A stretch of DNA of 64,000 bases from Carcharhinus amblyrhynchos (taxonomy: Eukaryota): assembly GCA_965287045.1 (NCBI GenBank), contig OZ336873.1:72912001-72976000 (forward strand). Reading direction: 5' to 3'. The position numbers and the translations under genes were made by a program. Below are positions 39,923 to 51,510 of the stretch, piece by piece. The stretch's first letter is position 1; each line of letters opens with the position of its first letter. The notes beneath the pieces were generated by a model, which searched no databases, was not told the DNA's origin, and saw only the letters and a program-made list of their open reading frames with translations.

Positions 39923-40500
39923 ATCACTGAATCTAACTAGGCTATCTCAGTGGTGAACTCCCTTCTTTCTTCATCTACCTTTTCATTAAATCACTTTCTA
40001 TTCAGCTTGATAATGATATGAAGAAACTCTGCAGAACTATCACAACTGTTTCCATCCTCAGTGAGCAGTTAGGAAAATGCAGACACTGCCTCTTCATTCC
40101 CTGGATCTTTAATGATTTTGGCCATTGTATTGAGCAGTTCTGGGGAAACGATGGTGCTATTTGTATCAAACCAGGTTGGGAATCGTGAATTTGCATGCAC
40201 CTTTTTCACCCATGTGAAGTGAAACCACACAGCAAAGTAGTTGTAGTATCAAAGTTTTACTGGTGACTGTGATTATGATGCTTGTAAATCTTGTGTTTGC
40301 ACTGAAACGGACAGCCCATTAGAGGGAACACTGGGTAGCATAAAAAAACACAAGATATTTGTAAAATTGTGATAGTTGCATCAGATTTTGCCACACATCT
40401 TTTGAAAGCCATTACCTAATCCACATCAGTTTGAGCACAAAAATGTAGCAAATTCTTCTCAAGAAAGGACATTAGATGAGCCAAAAACATGACCACTGTA

Positions 40501-40653
40501 AATTATAGATTTGGGGGTTTTAGAATAAGCTGCGCTGTGGGGGGAATAGAGAGTACTGTGTAAGTTTTGACAGTTTGGCCATTTATATATTGTGGAATTA
40601 CCATAGTTTTTCCCTACGGTGTAGTTTGCCCTAAAGCCCCCAAATCCATAATT
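40501..40653. repeat. Inverted repeat with 46-bp arms flanked by TA; old MITE or RNA hairpin
   Basis: 40501-40546 versus reverse complement of 40608-40653: 34 of 46 identical, no gaps. Confidence 0.8.
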
Positions 40654-41591
40654 TAAAACGTTAATTGAAAGTGGTAACTGTCCATCTCAAATATGCAAAA
40701 TCTTGCTCTTGGATGTGTTTTCTGTCTCACTCTCTGTCTGTCTTGATTTTTAGTAATTCAAACAAAGCTTCGAACTGCAGGGAAATATTAGGAGGCTACA
40801 GGCGAGAATTGTGTCAGACTCTTAATTTGTGTGAACCCACATGAGGCCTCATCTGAGATGGGAATCAGTTTAGCTATAGTTAAATCAATGTCTGGGCTCA
40901 TCTCCTGGAATTCAGTCCCCAAAATGGAGACTGCCAGTTCACACCTACTATCAGTAGCTGTAACCCTACGCAAGTTAGGAATTAGCTGATAAATCCAAAT
41001 ATGCATATTTGAGTGAAATAAACCTTCATTCTGAAGCCCTAATGCAAGCTGAAATACGAACAATCTGAGTCATATTCGTATGTTAATGAATACCCCAAGA
41101 CGCCTAACTTTGAGACCAGTGCTACAGCAGAATGATATTTACTGTAGAAAATAATGGTAAGCTTCAAGGCTATAGATTTTGAGAAACTTAAGACTGGCTG
41201 CCGTGAGATGAGATGTTCAATCCAGCATCTAAGTACTTTACAGATATTGATTTTAAATGTCCCTTGAGTTCGGAATAAGTTTTATGTCAGATGCTTGAAA
41301 CTTGACTCTGGAGCTGTGCATAGCTCAATAAGGACTCGCTTGTAGATCCCAATCATGATCGATCAAACTCAGTCTGGTAATTAAATGACATGTTTTGGAG
41401 AATTTTTTGAAATTTTATTAACACACTTTCTCATAAAAATATTATCGCTTAATTAACAACATTTTGGAAAAACTTTTAAAATGCTGAAATATATCAAGTT
41501 CTTTATTACAGTTGCAAATTGAGAAACAGCATTGCAACTCTTAATATGTTCCTTTATGACTAAATTTTAAAAGGGTTGCTTGTTACTAAGA

Positions 41592-41894
41592 TTAGCCATG
41601 ATATGAAGATGCCAGCATTAGACTTGGGTAAACACAGTAAGAAATCTCACAACACCGGGTTCAAGTCCAGCAGGTTCATTTGATAGCAAAAGCCACTAGC
41701 TTTTGGAGCACTAGCTGCTCCTTCATCAGGTGAGTGGGATTTCAGTTCACAAACAGGGCAGATTTATATCCCCTGTTTGTGAACTGAAATCTCACTTACC
41801 TGACGAAGGCGCAGCAAGCGCTCCGAAAGCTAGTGGCTTTTGCTACCAGATAAACCTTTTGGACTTTAACCTGGGGTTGTGAGACTCCTTACTG
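41592..41894 (-). mobile_element. Miniature palindromic Penelope element (pLTR only)
   Basis: Arms 41631-41758 and 41771-41898, 12-nt loop; same tagccatg terminus as the 5447 element; imperfect TSD tgttactaag (41581) / tgttattaag (41895). Confidence 0.88.
41796..41836 (+). ncRNA. Minimal type I hammerhead ribozyme motif, core intact
   Basis: UUAC-CUGACGA-AGGCGCAGCAAGCGCUCC-GAA-AGCU-A-GUGG; predicted cut after A41832. Confidence 0.7.
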
Positions 41895-43423
41895 TGTTAT
41901 TAAGGTAGCCAATCCCTGGTTTATATGAATTAACTGAACTCTGTGGGAAGCAGTGCTGTATGTCCATTCCAAGCCTCATCTGAGTAACCAGAAATAGCAG
42001 CTCAATCCGTATTTAGTAAAGTTGCTGCTGGAGGTAATGCACTATATTTAGGCAGCAGTTATATTGAGTGATATGAGTAGATTCTTTGTTTTTAAACCTA
42101 AAGCATGCCCTCTCCCCCACCTTTGATGCCCTGTATCCCAATAATCCGCTCACTGACTGTCTCCCACCCTATTCCCAATTTCACTCTGGAGAACAAAGAT
42201 AACCCATCCTTCTTTCCTCCACAAAAAACAATTTTCTTAAACCCCTTACTCCCTTGCTCCTCTACCCTGATTGAGAGCTGTACATAACTGCATTGATTAA
42301 GCATTAGAGCCTCACGAGTTTGTCTCTAATCTGCTGCTTGAATATTTTAGCAATAATTCGGAAACGTTATATGGCCTCCAATCTCTGCATACAGCATTTT
42401 TAAAAACACTGCATCTGATCACCTTGGCTCTCAAAATAACAGAAAGCAGCTCCAGATTTCAATCAGTTTTTAAAAAAATTATCAATGTTATAAATTAAAG
42501 TTAAACCGATACAACCAAAAGAAGCAGGTGAAGCAGCATCTGTGCAGAGGGCAAGAGGAGCTAACGATTAGGGAGTGGCCTCCTCCTCAAAATTCTGCTG
42601 GCTACATTGTGGTAGATTGGTAAATTGCGGATAAAAATACAAACTACCCAGCTTTCATTTCCAATGAAATCAAGTTGTAATTCTACCCCATCATGTTTGG
42701 GGATATAACTGTGTGCTATAGGTTTCAGAATTTTAAACCAAAATACTCATTGATCATGTTACTTCACACATTTTTGATATGAAGGTATAATAGCATAATT
42801 ACGATAACCACACACAGGCCGAATATTGCACAGTGATTTCTAGATGTTTACTTCAAGTACATTGTGGTTTAAGACATGCTGCCATCCATCATGGAATATT
42901 CACAACTGTTGTGTTATTCCTAAAACCTGTTTTCTTTTTTTTATTCTGGTTTTGGTGAGATCAATTAAAAACAGTAAAGCATTGTTTTTCTTTAATGAAA
43001 TGAACAATTACTGAAAAAGACCCAACTCTTTAAAATTTCTAATTATCTTATGCCTCATCCAGCGTAATTGGAAAAATACTTACTGCTAGTGTAATTATTT
43101 ATAATAAAAGATCTTGCAGAGTTGCTCACCAGGAGACTTGGGTTGGCTGTGATAGTTGGTTGCTAATGTCTTTTAAGCTCAATAAATCCCTCGTTACTGC
43201 TTGCAGCATTCCACACCTCTACATCTGCTCTCCAGCCTGTAATGCATTCGTGAAAATAGCTTTCACATCCTGAGCTGGGCCGGGTGGACCAGATCAAGTT
43301 AACGAGTCTCCTCACTTCTCTGCATTCAGCATTAGCTTTGGTTGAACCTTCATATCTGGAGAATCCCCCATGCAAACAAATATATGTACAATACTGATTT
43401 TTTTTTATCACCAAGAATGTACT

Positions 43424-43996
43424 AACAAAGAACAAAGCAAAAGTACAGCACAGGAACAGACCCTTCGGCCCTCTAAGCCTGGCTGATCATGATGCCTGCC
43501 TACACTAAAACCATATGCACTTAAAGTGTGTATCCTTCCATTCCCATCCTATTCGTGTATTTGTCTAGTTGCCCCTTAAATGCCGCTATCGTACCAGCTA
43601 CCACCATCTCTCCAGGCATTCACCACCCTTTGTGTAAAAAAAAAAGCTGCCTTGCACATCTCCTCTAAACTTTTCCTCATGCCCCTTAAACCTATGTCCC
43701 CGAGTACTTGACTTTTCTACCCTAGAAAAGAGTATCTGACTATCCACTCTGTCCGTACTGCTCAATCTAGTACACCTCCATCAGGTCACCCCTCAACCTC
43801 CATCGTTCCAGTGAGAGCAAACCAAGTTTATCCAACGTCTCCTCATAACTAATACTCTGCAGACTAGGCAATATCCTGGTAAATTTCTTCGCTATCTTCT
43901 CCAAAGCATCCACATCCGAATTGTGCACAATATTCTAAATGAGGCCAAACTAAGATTCTGTACAGCTGCAGCATGACCTGCGGATTTTTATACTCA
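43424..43996 (-). mobile_element. CR1 3' fragment (aaagaac tail subfamily)
   Basis: aacaaagaacaaag...acagcacaggaacagacccttcggccc tail followed by ORF2 C-terminus. Confidence 0.9.
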
Positions 43997-44366
43997 CCAC
44001 AGTTCTGAACAGAATAATATAACAATTTTGGCTCAGCACCTAAATTTTAGGTGTGAAGTTGCACAATGTGATTGTTTGGACCATAATATTTGTTATAAGC
44101 TAAATGATTCTTTACTTTTGCTTGTATTCAGTTCTCTGTAAAACTTGCATACTGCCTCTGACTAGTTTTGGCTCTTTTTGTTTGGAGTCACAGGGCCCAG
44201 AAAAAACATGCAACCAAACTAAAGGAGAAATGAAGAGTATAATTAGTATGAATGTAATCAACCAGGAAAGAAATTTGGTGAAAATTAAACAAATTGCAGA
44301 CAAATATTAATGTGGGGGGTCTTCCTGTATATTGGGCTTCACGTGTTTGAAAAATAAAAAAAAATT

Positions 44367-44985
44367 GAATATAAAAGTAGGGAGGTCTTGCTGCAGCTGT
44401 ATAGGGCACTGGTGAGGCCGCAGCTGGAGTACTGTGTGCAGTTTTGGTCGCCGCACTTATGCAAGGATATTTTGGCCTTGGAGGGAGTGCAGAGGAGGTT
44501 TACTAGGCTGATTCCGGAGTTGAGGGGGTTGAACTATGAAGAGAGGCTGAATAAACTAGGCTTGTACTCGTTAGAGTTTAGAAGAATGAGGGGAGATCTC
44601 ATTGAGACATATAAGATGTTGAATGGGATGGATAGGATAGAGGTGGAGAGGCTCCTCCCGCTCAGAAAGGACAGAAGGACAAGAGGGCACAGCCTCAAGA
44701 TAAAGGGGGGGGGCGGTTTAGAACGGAGTTGAGGAAGAACTTCTTCACTCAAAGGGTGGTGAATCTCTGGAATTCTCTGCCCATTGAAGTGATGGAGGCT
44801 GCCTCGCTCAATATTTTTAAGACGCGGGTTGATAGGTTTTTGATAGGCAAGGGGATTAAGGGTTATGGGGAGAGGACGGGAATGTGGAACTGAGCCACGA
44901 CAGATCAGCCATGATCTTATTGAATGGCGGGGCAGGCTCGAGGGGCTAGATGGCCTACTCCTGCTCCTATTTCTTATGTTCTTAT
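44367..44985 (+). mobile_element. CR1 3' fragment (young subfamily)
   Basis: LQLYRALVRPQLEYCVQFWSP; near-identical to the reverse complement of 27823-28429. Confidence 0.96.
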
Positions 44986-45482
44986 AATTTGCAGTTTTAG
45001 TAGATGGTGCATGATGGAAAGGATAATGTTCTTCAGCTTGAACTCCCAATGAATATGCCTAATACTGATCTGTGAATTTATTCATTCTTCTGCAATTTAG
45101 TGTTGTTGATGATTTGATTGCAGAAAATATCTCCTTGGTGTCTTTTTCTAATTGTTTTTCCTCACATTGTCGTATAAATTTTCATTAAAAACTTAAATCT
45201 GGTAACTTCAGAGTTATTTGGCTTTGTTCCACAATACCAATTTCAGGGATTGATTGTGGCTTGCAAGCTGATGCACCCCAGAGATTAATTGTAAAAATTA
45301 ATTCTAAAATTAATTGTAAAAATTAATTGTTTTAAGTGAAGAAAATGGATGATGTGACACTGAGTTGTGGAAGTATATTTCAAAATGGGAAATAGCAACA
45401 AGAAGTGGTTTAATTTAACACATATGAGATTGGGATCCAGTAACAGAATAAACAAATCATTTATCTCTCAGATTTGGTAATT

Positions 45483-47074
45483 CATAGAACATAGAACATA
45501 GAACATTACAGCGCAGAACAGGCCCTTCGGCCCACGATGTTGCGCCGACCAGTTACAAAAACAATGACCCACTAGCCTATACCAATCCCTTTTCGTCCAT
45601 AAACCTATCCAGAGATCTCTTAAACACCCCCAAACTAGACGCATTTACAACCGCAGCAGGCAGGGCATTCCAATCCCTCACCACCCGCTGGGTAAAGAAC
45701 CTACCCCTGACATCCGTCCTGTAGCTACCCCCCCTTAATTTAAAGCCATGCCCCCTCGTGCTAGCTTTCTCCATCCGAGGAAAAAGGCTATCACTATCCA
45801 CCCTATCTAAACCTCTAATCATCTTATATGTTTCAATAAGATCCCCTCTTAGCCGCCTTCTTTCCAACGAAAACAACCCTAAATCCCTCAGTCTCTCCTC
45901 ATAGGACCTCCCCACCATACCAGGCAACATCCTAGTAAACCTCCTCTGCACCCTCTCCAACGCCTCCACATCCTTCTTGTAATGCGGGGACCAGAACTGC
46001 ACACAGTACTCCAAGTGCGGCCGCACTAGAGTAGTGTACAGTTGCAACATTACACTGCGACTCCTAAATTCAATCCCCCTACCAATAAACGCCAAGACAC
46101 CGTACGCCTTCTTAACAACCTTATCTACTTGATTCCCAACTTTCAGGGATCTATGTACACACACACCTAGATCCCTCTGTTCATCCACACTATTCAAAGT
46201 CCTCCCGTTAGCCCTATACTCGACACATCTGTTGCTCCTACCAAAGTGAATTACCTCACACTTCTCCGCATTAAATTCCATCCGCCACCTCTTGGCCCAG
46301 CTCTGCAACCCATCTAAGTCTCCCTGCAGACTATGACACCCTTCCTCACAATCTACCACACCTCCAATTTTGGTGTCATCAGCAAATTTACTAATCCACC
46401 CAACTATACCCTCATCCAGATCATTAATAAAAATTACAAACAACAGTGGCCCCAAAACAGATCCCTGAGGCACACCACTCGTAACTGTACTCCATGATGA
46501 ATATTTACCATCCACCACCACCCTCTGTCTCCTATCTGATAGCCAATTCCTGATCCAACTTCCTAGATTACCCACAATCCCATACATCTGCATTTTCTGC
46601 AGAAGCCTACCATGGTGAACCTTATCGAACGCCTTACTAAAATCCATGTATACCACGTCAACTGCCTTGCCCCCATCCACCTCTTTGGTCACCTTCTCAA
46701 AAAACTCAATAAGGTTAGTAAGGCACGACCTACCCGCTACAAAACCATGCTGACTATTTCTAATCAATTCATTACACTCCAAATAACTATAAATCCTATC
46801 CCTAATAATTTTTTCTAAAACCTTGCCCACAACAGAAGTAAGACTCACCGGTCTATAATTCCCAGCAAAGTCTCTGTTCCCCTTCTTAAACAATGGGACA
46901 ACATTCGCTATCCTCGAAAGGGTTGTTTTCGTTGGAAAGAAGGCGGCTAAGAGGGGATCTTATTGAAACATATAAGATGATTAGAGGTTTAGATAGGGTG
47001 GATAGTGATAGCCTTTTTCCTCGGATGGAGAAAGCTAGCACGAGGGGGCATGGCTTTAAATTAAGGGGGGGTAG
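45483..47074 (-). mobile_element. Very young 5'-truncated CR1 with inverted 5' segment
   Basis: (catagaa)3 tail, uninterrupted RT frame, and 46919-47074 equal to the reverse complement of 45725-45880. Confidence 0.97.
45577..46893 (-). pseudogene. CR1 ORF2 reverse transcriptase domain, 438 aa open, no endonuclease or promoter
   Basis: NYRPVSLTS, QHGF, DFSKAFD, GVPQGSVLGP, KFADDTK, VRPHLEYC. Confidence 0.95.
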
Positions 47075-47103
47075 ATTATTATTACTATTATTATTATTAT
47101 TAC
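47075..47103. repeat. (ATT)n microsatellite at the CR1 junction
   Basis: attattattactattattattattatt. Confidence 0.9.
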
Positions 47104-47504
47104 TCTATTTCATGTAAGTTAATGTACTTTAACCCATGAACTACTCTACCGTAAACTAGCTATTGCCTAAAAATACTTTATATACAGTATTTTGTTGTAA
47201 TTCTGTTATATTTAATGCACAGTACAATTGTACTTTTCAATTGCAGTATATTTTTAGTGGTAATATATTTTTGTTCTATTTTGTACTATTTAGCCTAGCT
47301 GTCATTGCAGTTAATGGTTTATTTCGAAATATTCCTGTTACCAAGTTGCAATCTCTTTGTGCTTCCAAATCTTGATGGAGGGTGTGCTGCTCTAAAAATA
47401 TTGTACTGGGTGTAGGAATTGCTGTTATGAATCATAAGATTTCAGTTGTTGCTGGCGGCAGACAGTGTGTTTCTCTCTAGTGCCGTTCCATTCCTTGTGT
47501 GTTA

Positions 47505-47732
47505 ATGAATCTGCAGTTTTTGTGGAATCGTGGTCCTGCTCTCTTGTACTCATATCTGACCAGAAGGTTTAGCTGGGCTCTCGAACAATATGATGCCGAG
47601 TGGAAGGTGCACAGATTCCAAGCACTTTGGTTTTGTTCCACAGTAGCCACTGCTCGTTGTTTCTGGATGTCTCAGTTGATTTATGATGACCATACCTCAA
47701 GGATCATAACCTGTCGTATGACTCAACAGTGA
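47505..47732 (+). CDS. Candidate conserved uORF microprotein (75 aa from ATG 47505; last ~55 aa lie in the probable exon)
   Basis: Open frame MNLQFLWNRGPALLYSYLTRRFSWALEQYDAEWKVHRFQALWFCSTVATARCFWMSQLIYDDHTSRIITCRMTQQ*; the true start may be in an upstream exon. Confidence 0.5.
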   Translation: MNLQFLWNRGPALLYSYLTRRFSWALEQYDAEWKVHRFQALWFCSTVATARCFWMSQLIYDDHTSRIITCRMTQQ

Positions 47733-47764
47733 CTGTGTCACAAGGAACAACGTTGTTCGCAAAT
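47564..47764 (+). other. HIVEP3: Probable 5'-leader exon of a Schnurri/HIVEP gene, boundaries uncertain
   Basis: Non-repeat island; pyrimidine tract and CAG/AAG tandem acceptor (47563/47566), alternative acceptor at 47480; ATCATAACCTGTCGTATGACTCAACAGTGACTG resembles human HIVEP2/3 leader as I recall it (unverified). Donor unclear: weak GT at 47765 or CAG|GTGAGC after 47876. Confidence 0.55.
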
Positions 47765-48032
47765 GTGTTTTCTTGGCTTACAGAAAAAGTTACCATTTTA
47801 AAAAAAATTATAAGAATTTCAACATTTCCTTAGTATAAAATTGATAGACTTATATGTACAGTGTACGTACAAGCAGGTGAGCAATGGAGCAGCAGGGTTT
47901 CTTGAAATACAGAATGTAGAATTTAAGAGTATGGCACCTTCCGAACTGTGGGACATCATGATTGAGGATGCATTGATGAACCCTGTGTAATGTCTGGAGA
48001 CAATACTCATCTCTTTAGCCTATGCCTAATGC

Positions 48033-48262
48033 TCTTTCCACTCACATTGTCTGCATCTTTAAGATTTGAATAGCAGGTTAGTTGTAAAGACTCGCATTCT
48101 AATCAGTATTCTGTAAACTGTGTGTGCTGTTATATGCTCTGTCTGAGGCCAGAACACTCCACTCAGCTGATGAAGGGGCAAACCCCGAAAGCTTTGTGGG
48201 CTTACTATCAATAAATTGGTTGGACTTTAACCTGGTGTTGAGAGACTTCTTACTATGTGAAC
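48033..48262 (+). mobile_element. Penelope pLTR fragment with hammerhead motif
   Basis: Closely similar to 6110-6327; CTGATGA (48167) A GGGG CAAA CCCC GAAAGCTT. Confidence 0.88.
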
Positions 48263-49559
48263 CCTGCCCCACAAGTCTCCAAATAAGGTTGCATAGCAAT
48301 TGCCCAAGAAATTCAAACTTCCACTGGGCATTTCCAAAAGTACGACAAAAGTCACAAACTTTAACTGCTTCCCCTATCTTACACTAAAAGTTACCCAAAA
48401 AAGTCTGAAGAATTAAAGGCATCTCTAACTTCTGGGTAACTGTAGTAACGACCTGCTTTTGATCCCCATCAACACTCCCCTCCCCCCCCACATTGACTAC
48501 CCTCCTCATCCACCTCACTGACGAACCCCCTGACCATCTCCACTAATTACCTTGGCCTCCCAGATCACCTCATTTATTTTTCAAAATTACCTTCTCCCTT
48601 GCTTATCAAAGTGGCTGGACCTTTAAACTTACCTGCTTTACAGCAACTGATGCCATGAAAAAGGGGATATGGATTCCTTACCTCAGACTGTCCAGCCCTT
48701 TACACTAGGCTTCAGAAACTTGCTGCACAACACTGACCCTAACCACCCTGAGTCAGAAGATCAGGCAAGAAAGGAGTGGTTGCATATCCAGGTAGCTAAG
48801 TGGAGACCAAGTGGCAGTCTAAATCTGAATGCTACTCCATGGAAATTGCAGGCCTATATTTCTGTCAGAATTGCCTTAGGAGATTAACTAATGTTTAGCA
48901 ATATTCTGTGCTCTGTTTCCTCTGAGTAACTATATTTGGGTAATCGTTACTGGTCGTTCTTTCATATTCACAACAACATCATGCAAATCATAGCAGCTTG
49001 AACTGGAGATTCACTAATTTCTGAGTAATGAACAGACAAACTATGATTGACAGGAAAAGATCTTTTGCTGTTTTCACCCTGTCTCACACAACTGCCAAAC
49101 TTTTGTGTTGCTGAATTCAGGCATGTCCCACATCTCCTGGATGAAAAGCCAAATATCAGGTCAAAGTGAGGAAAATGCGTAGGAAATTTCCCTCCAACCA
49201 TTTTAAGGTGATCAAATCCAGACCGAAAGATCACTCTGACCCTAATTAATAGTGTGCTATCTTTTGGATAAGAGTTTCTGTCCCAGCCAGAAACAGGTTC
49301 CCTCAGTTAAAGTAATTTAATGATCAGCATTCAACACTTGTTCCATAGACTCATTGTTCTTTGGGGAACAAATGCTTCGACCCTTGTTCATGTCTTAAAT
49401 AACTTGAGATTGTGACCCCTGATTCCCCCAACCTATTTAGCCGAATCTGTTTCGTGGAATAGGTTGAATTGGTTAAATACAACATGCTCAGCATTCCTAC
49501 CCTGCTGTAACCATAGTAATTAATAGCAGCTTCTTGATGCCCTCAGGATTGAGGCATTT

Positions 49560-50240
49560 TGCTTGAATAAAAACAACTTAAAAAGCACCTTTAACATAAT
49601 AAAACATCCCACGTTGGGGGAGATGTTAGAGATGGAAATAAGCAGTCTTCATGATGGCATGAATATGACGTCAGAAGCTCACCTCGGGGTTAAATGTGAT
49701 GACAAGGTAGTGAATAGTGGTTTAATCTCAGATTGTTGTTGGGGAGGGGGATGGACTTGGTAGCAAGGTTTGCAGTACGGCTTGAAGACAATGTTTTCAG
49801 TCTCGCCATATTTAATTGGAGGGAGTTTCTGCTCATGTAGTACTGAATGATGGATAAACAGTTGGATAAGTTTTACAACAATGGAGAAGCGGAAAGAAGT
49901 AGTGATGAGGTAGATCTGGCAGTTAGTGTTCACGTGAAAGCTAACACCATGTCTTTGGATGATGTTGCTGAGAGGCAATGTGTAGTTGAGAAATAGAAGG
50001 CAACGGAGAATTTTTCTTTGGAGGGGGGAACCAATCGTAATAATGAGGGAACTGGAAGAAAAGCCATTTCACGTGTCCCTCTGGCCATGATTAGTTAGAT
50101 AAAAATGGAATCAGTGTCCTGAAGATGAGGAGTGAAAGTTCACCTCTGGCATTTGTGACTTTGGCAAGAGTGTTTTGGAGCTGTGCAGTGGGGCAGAAAC
50201 CTAATTGGAGTAATACAAATATTAAGTTCTGAGAATTGAT
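49560..50240 (-). mobile_element. L2 LINE fragments
   Basis: Minus strand PLSNIIQRHGVSFHV..QIYLITT, the L2 RT YADD region, degraded. Confidence 0.7.
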
Positions 50241-51510
50241 GGGAATTTAAAATAACTTTCTTCCTTTCTCCATCTCAACCTCCTCTTCAATTCCAAAGAG
50301 CTTCCATTTGAAGGAGGGGAGGGAACAGGTGCCGCAGGGAAAGGTAGCCTTGTCAATTAACCTAAGGACAGAATTTAAAATTTTTCCTTGTATTTCAAGT
50401 GAACGTTGACTGACTAATCAAAAAATTGGGTTCAGAGACAGTGAAGTTACTTCATCTTCTGTGCAACAATGTGTAAAAAGGAGCTTGGTAGATACTCACA
50501 TAAAACACAGGAAGATTGATGAGTATGACACTGAATAAATGTATTGAAACAAGGTGGAGGGAAAGGAAAAGTAGACAAACTTTTGAAAATGCAAATTGGA
50601 AAGTGAAATTGACCCTCAAATAGAGCAAGTGGCTGCAGAATTGCCTTAAATTATTGAAAAATGAACTGTGATAATCAAAATAAAAGGGAAAAACAATTTT
50701 GTAACACTGAGGACTGTGGGATCCCAAGAAATGTGCTGCTAACTGAGAAACCTGTACTCCAGCTGACAGGATTGGGCAGCTGTAGTGGCTAAAGGCCTTG
50801 GCCGTGTAGTTAGCCGGTGGACTCAAAGGACGCACACGAATGAGTCCTGTAGGTCAAGTCACTGAAGTAGCCAGCAGGAAGAGAGACACTGCTTGAAGGT
50901 TGTGGAAAAACCTGCATTTGTTTGAGATTGTTAAAGACAATTCTTGCAAGACAATATATTTATTTGGAAGCACTCTTGGAGTTATTATTTCTTCAGCCTA
51001 CAATAAATCAAGGCATTCAAGTTGACCCAATGTCTAAGGCGATAGCATTTTTGTGGCCTTAAATCAATTTTTTGCAAATACTCAGCACATAAATTGGCAT
51101 ACAAGCCCTCTCCCAGTCCCTTTCAGCCATGACATGCCAGACTCTCATTAGTCATTAGTTTGATTTTTCATCTTAAAGGTGCACGTTTTACCTCATGATA
51201 CCTCATAACTGGGTGCAAGAGGGCAAACAGGTGATTTGGGTTGTGTTGCAAATGTGCGAGGGAGTTTAAGACACACTTATTCTTTTCATCAGATGCTGAA
51301 GGCATTTCAAAATGGTGATCTTGCATACACACCAGTATTTTACTTTTATACTCTGCATGTAAGTCTTTGCTGTTTCTGCTGTTCTTGCAAGGATTTTGAG
51401 GGTTCAAAGTTTGACTTTACTGTAACATATATGGTAGTAATTTCCTCCTATCTGAATTATCAGGTATTCAAGTGTTCGTCTGAAGTATGGAACATTATAT
51501 CCATCAAAAG

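Noticed and set aside
45283-45332. ttaattgtaaaaa-like unit repeated 3-4 times
   Set aside because: AT-rich slippage minisatellite with no sign of function.
45577-46893. 438-aa open RT ORF as a domesticated gene or novel RT system
   Set aside because: Ordinary CR1 ORF2 truncated mid-domain with its own tail; intactness reflects recent insertion.
49182-49192. kappaB-like site GGAAATTTCCC as a HIVEP autoregulatory element
   Set aside because: A single short motif expected by chance in 64 kb, with no supporting context.
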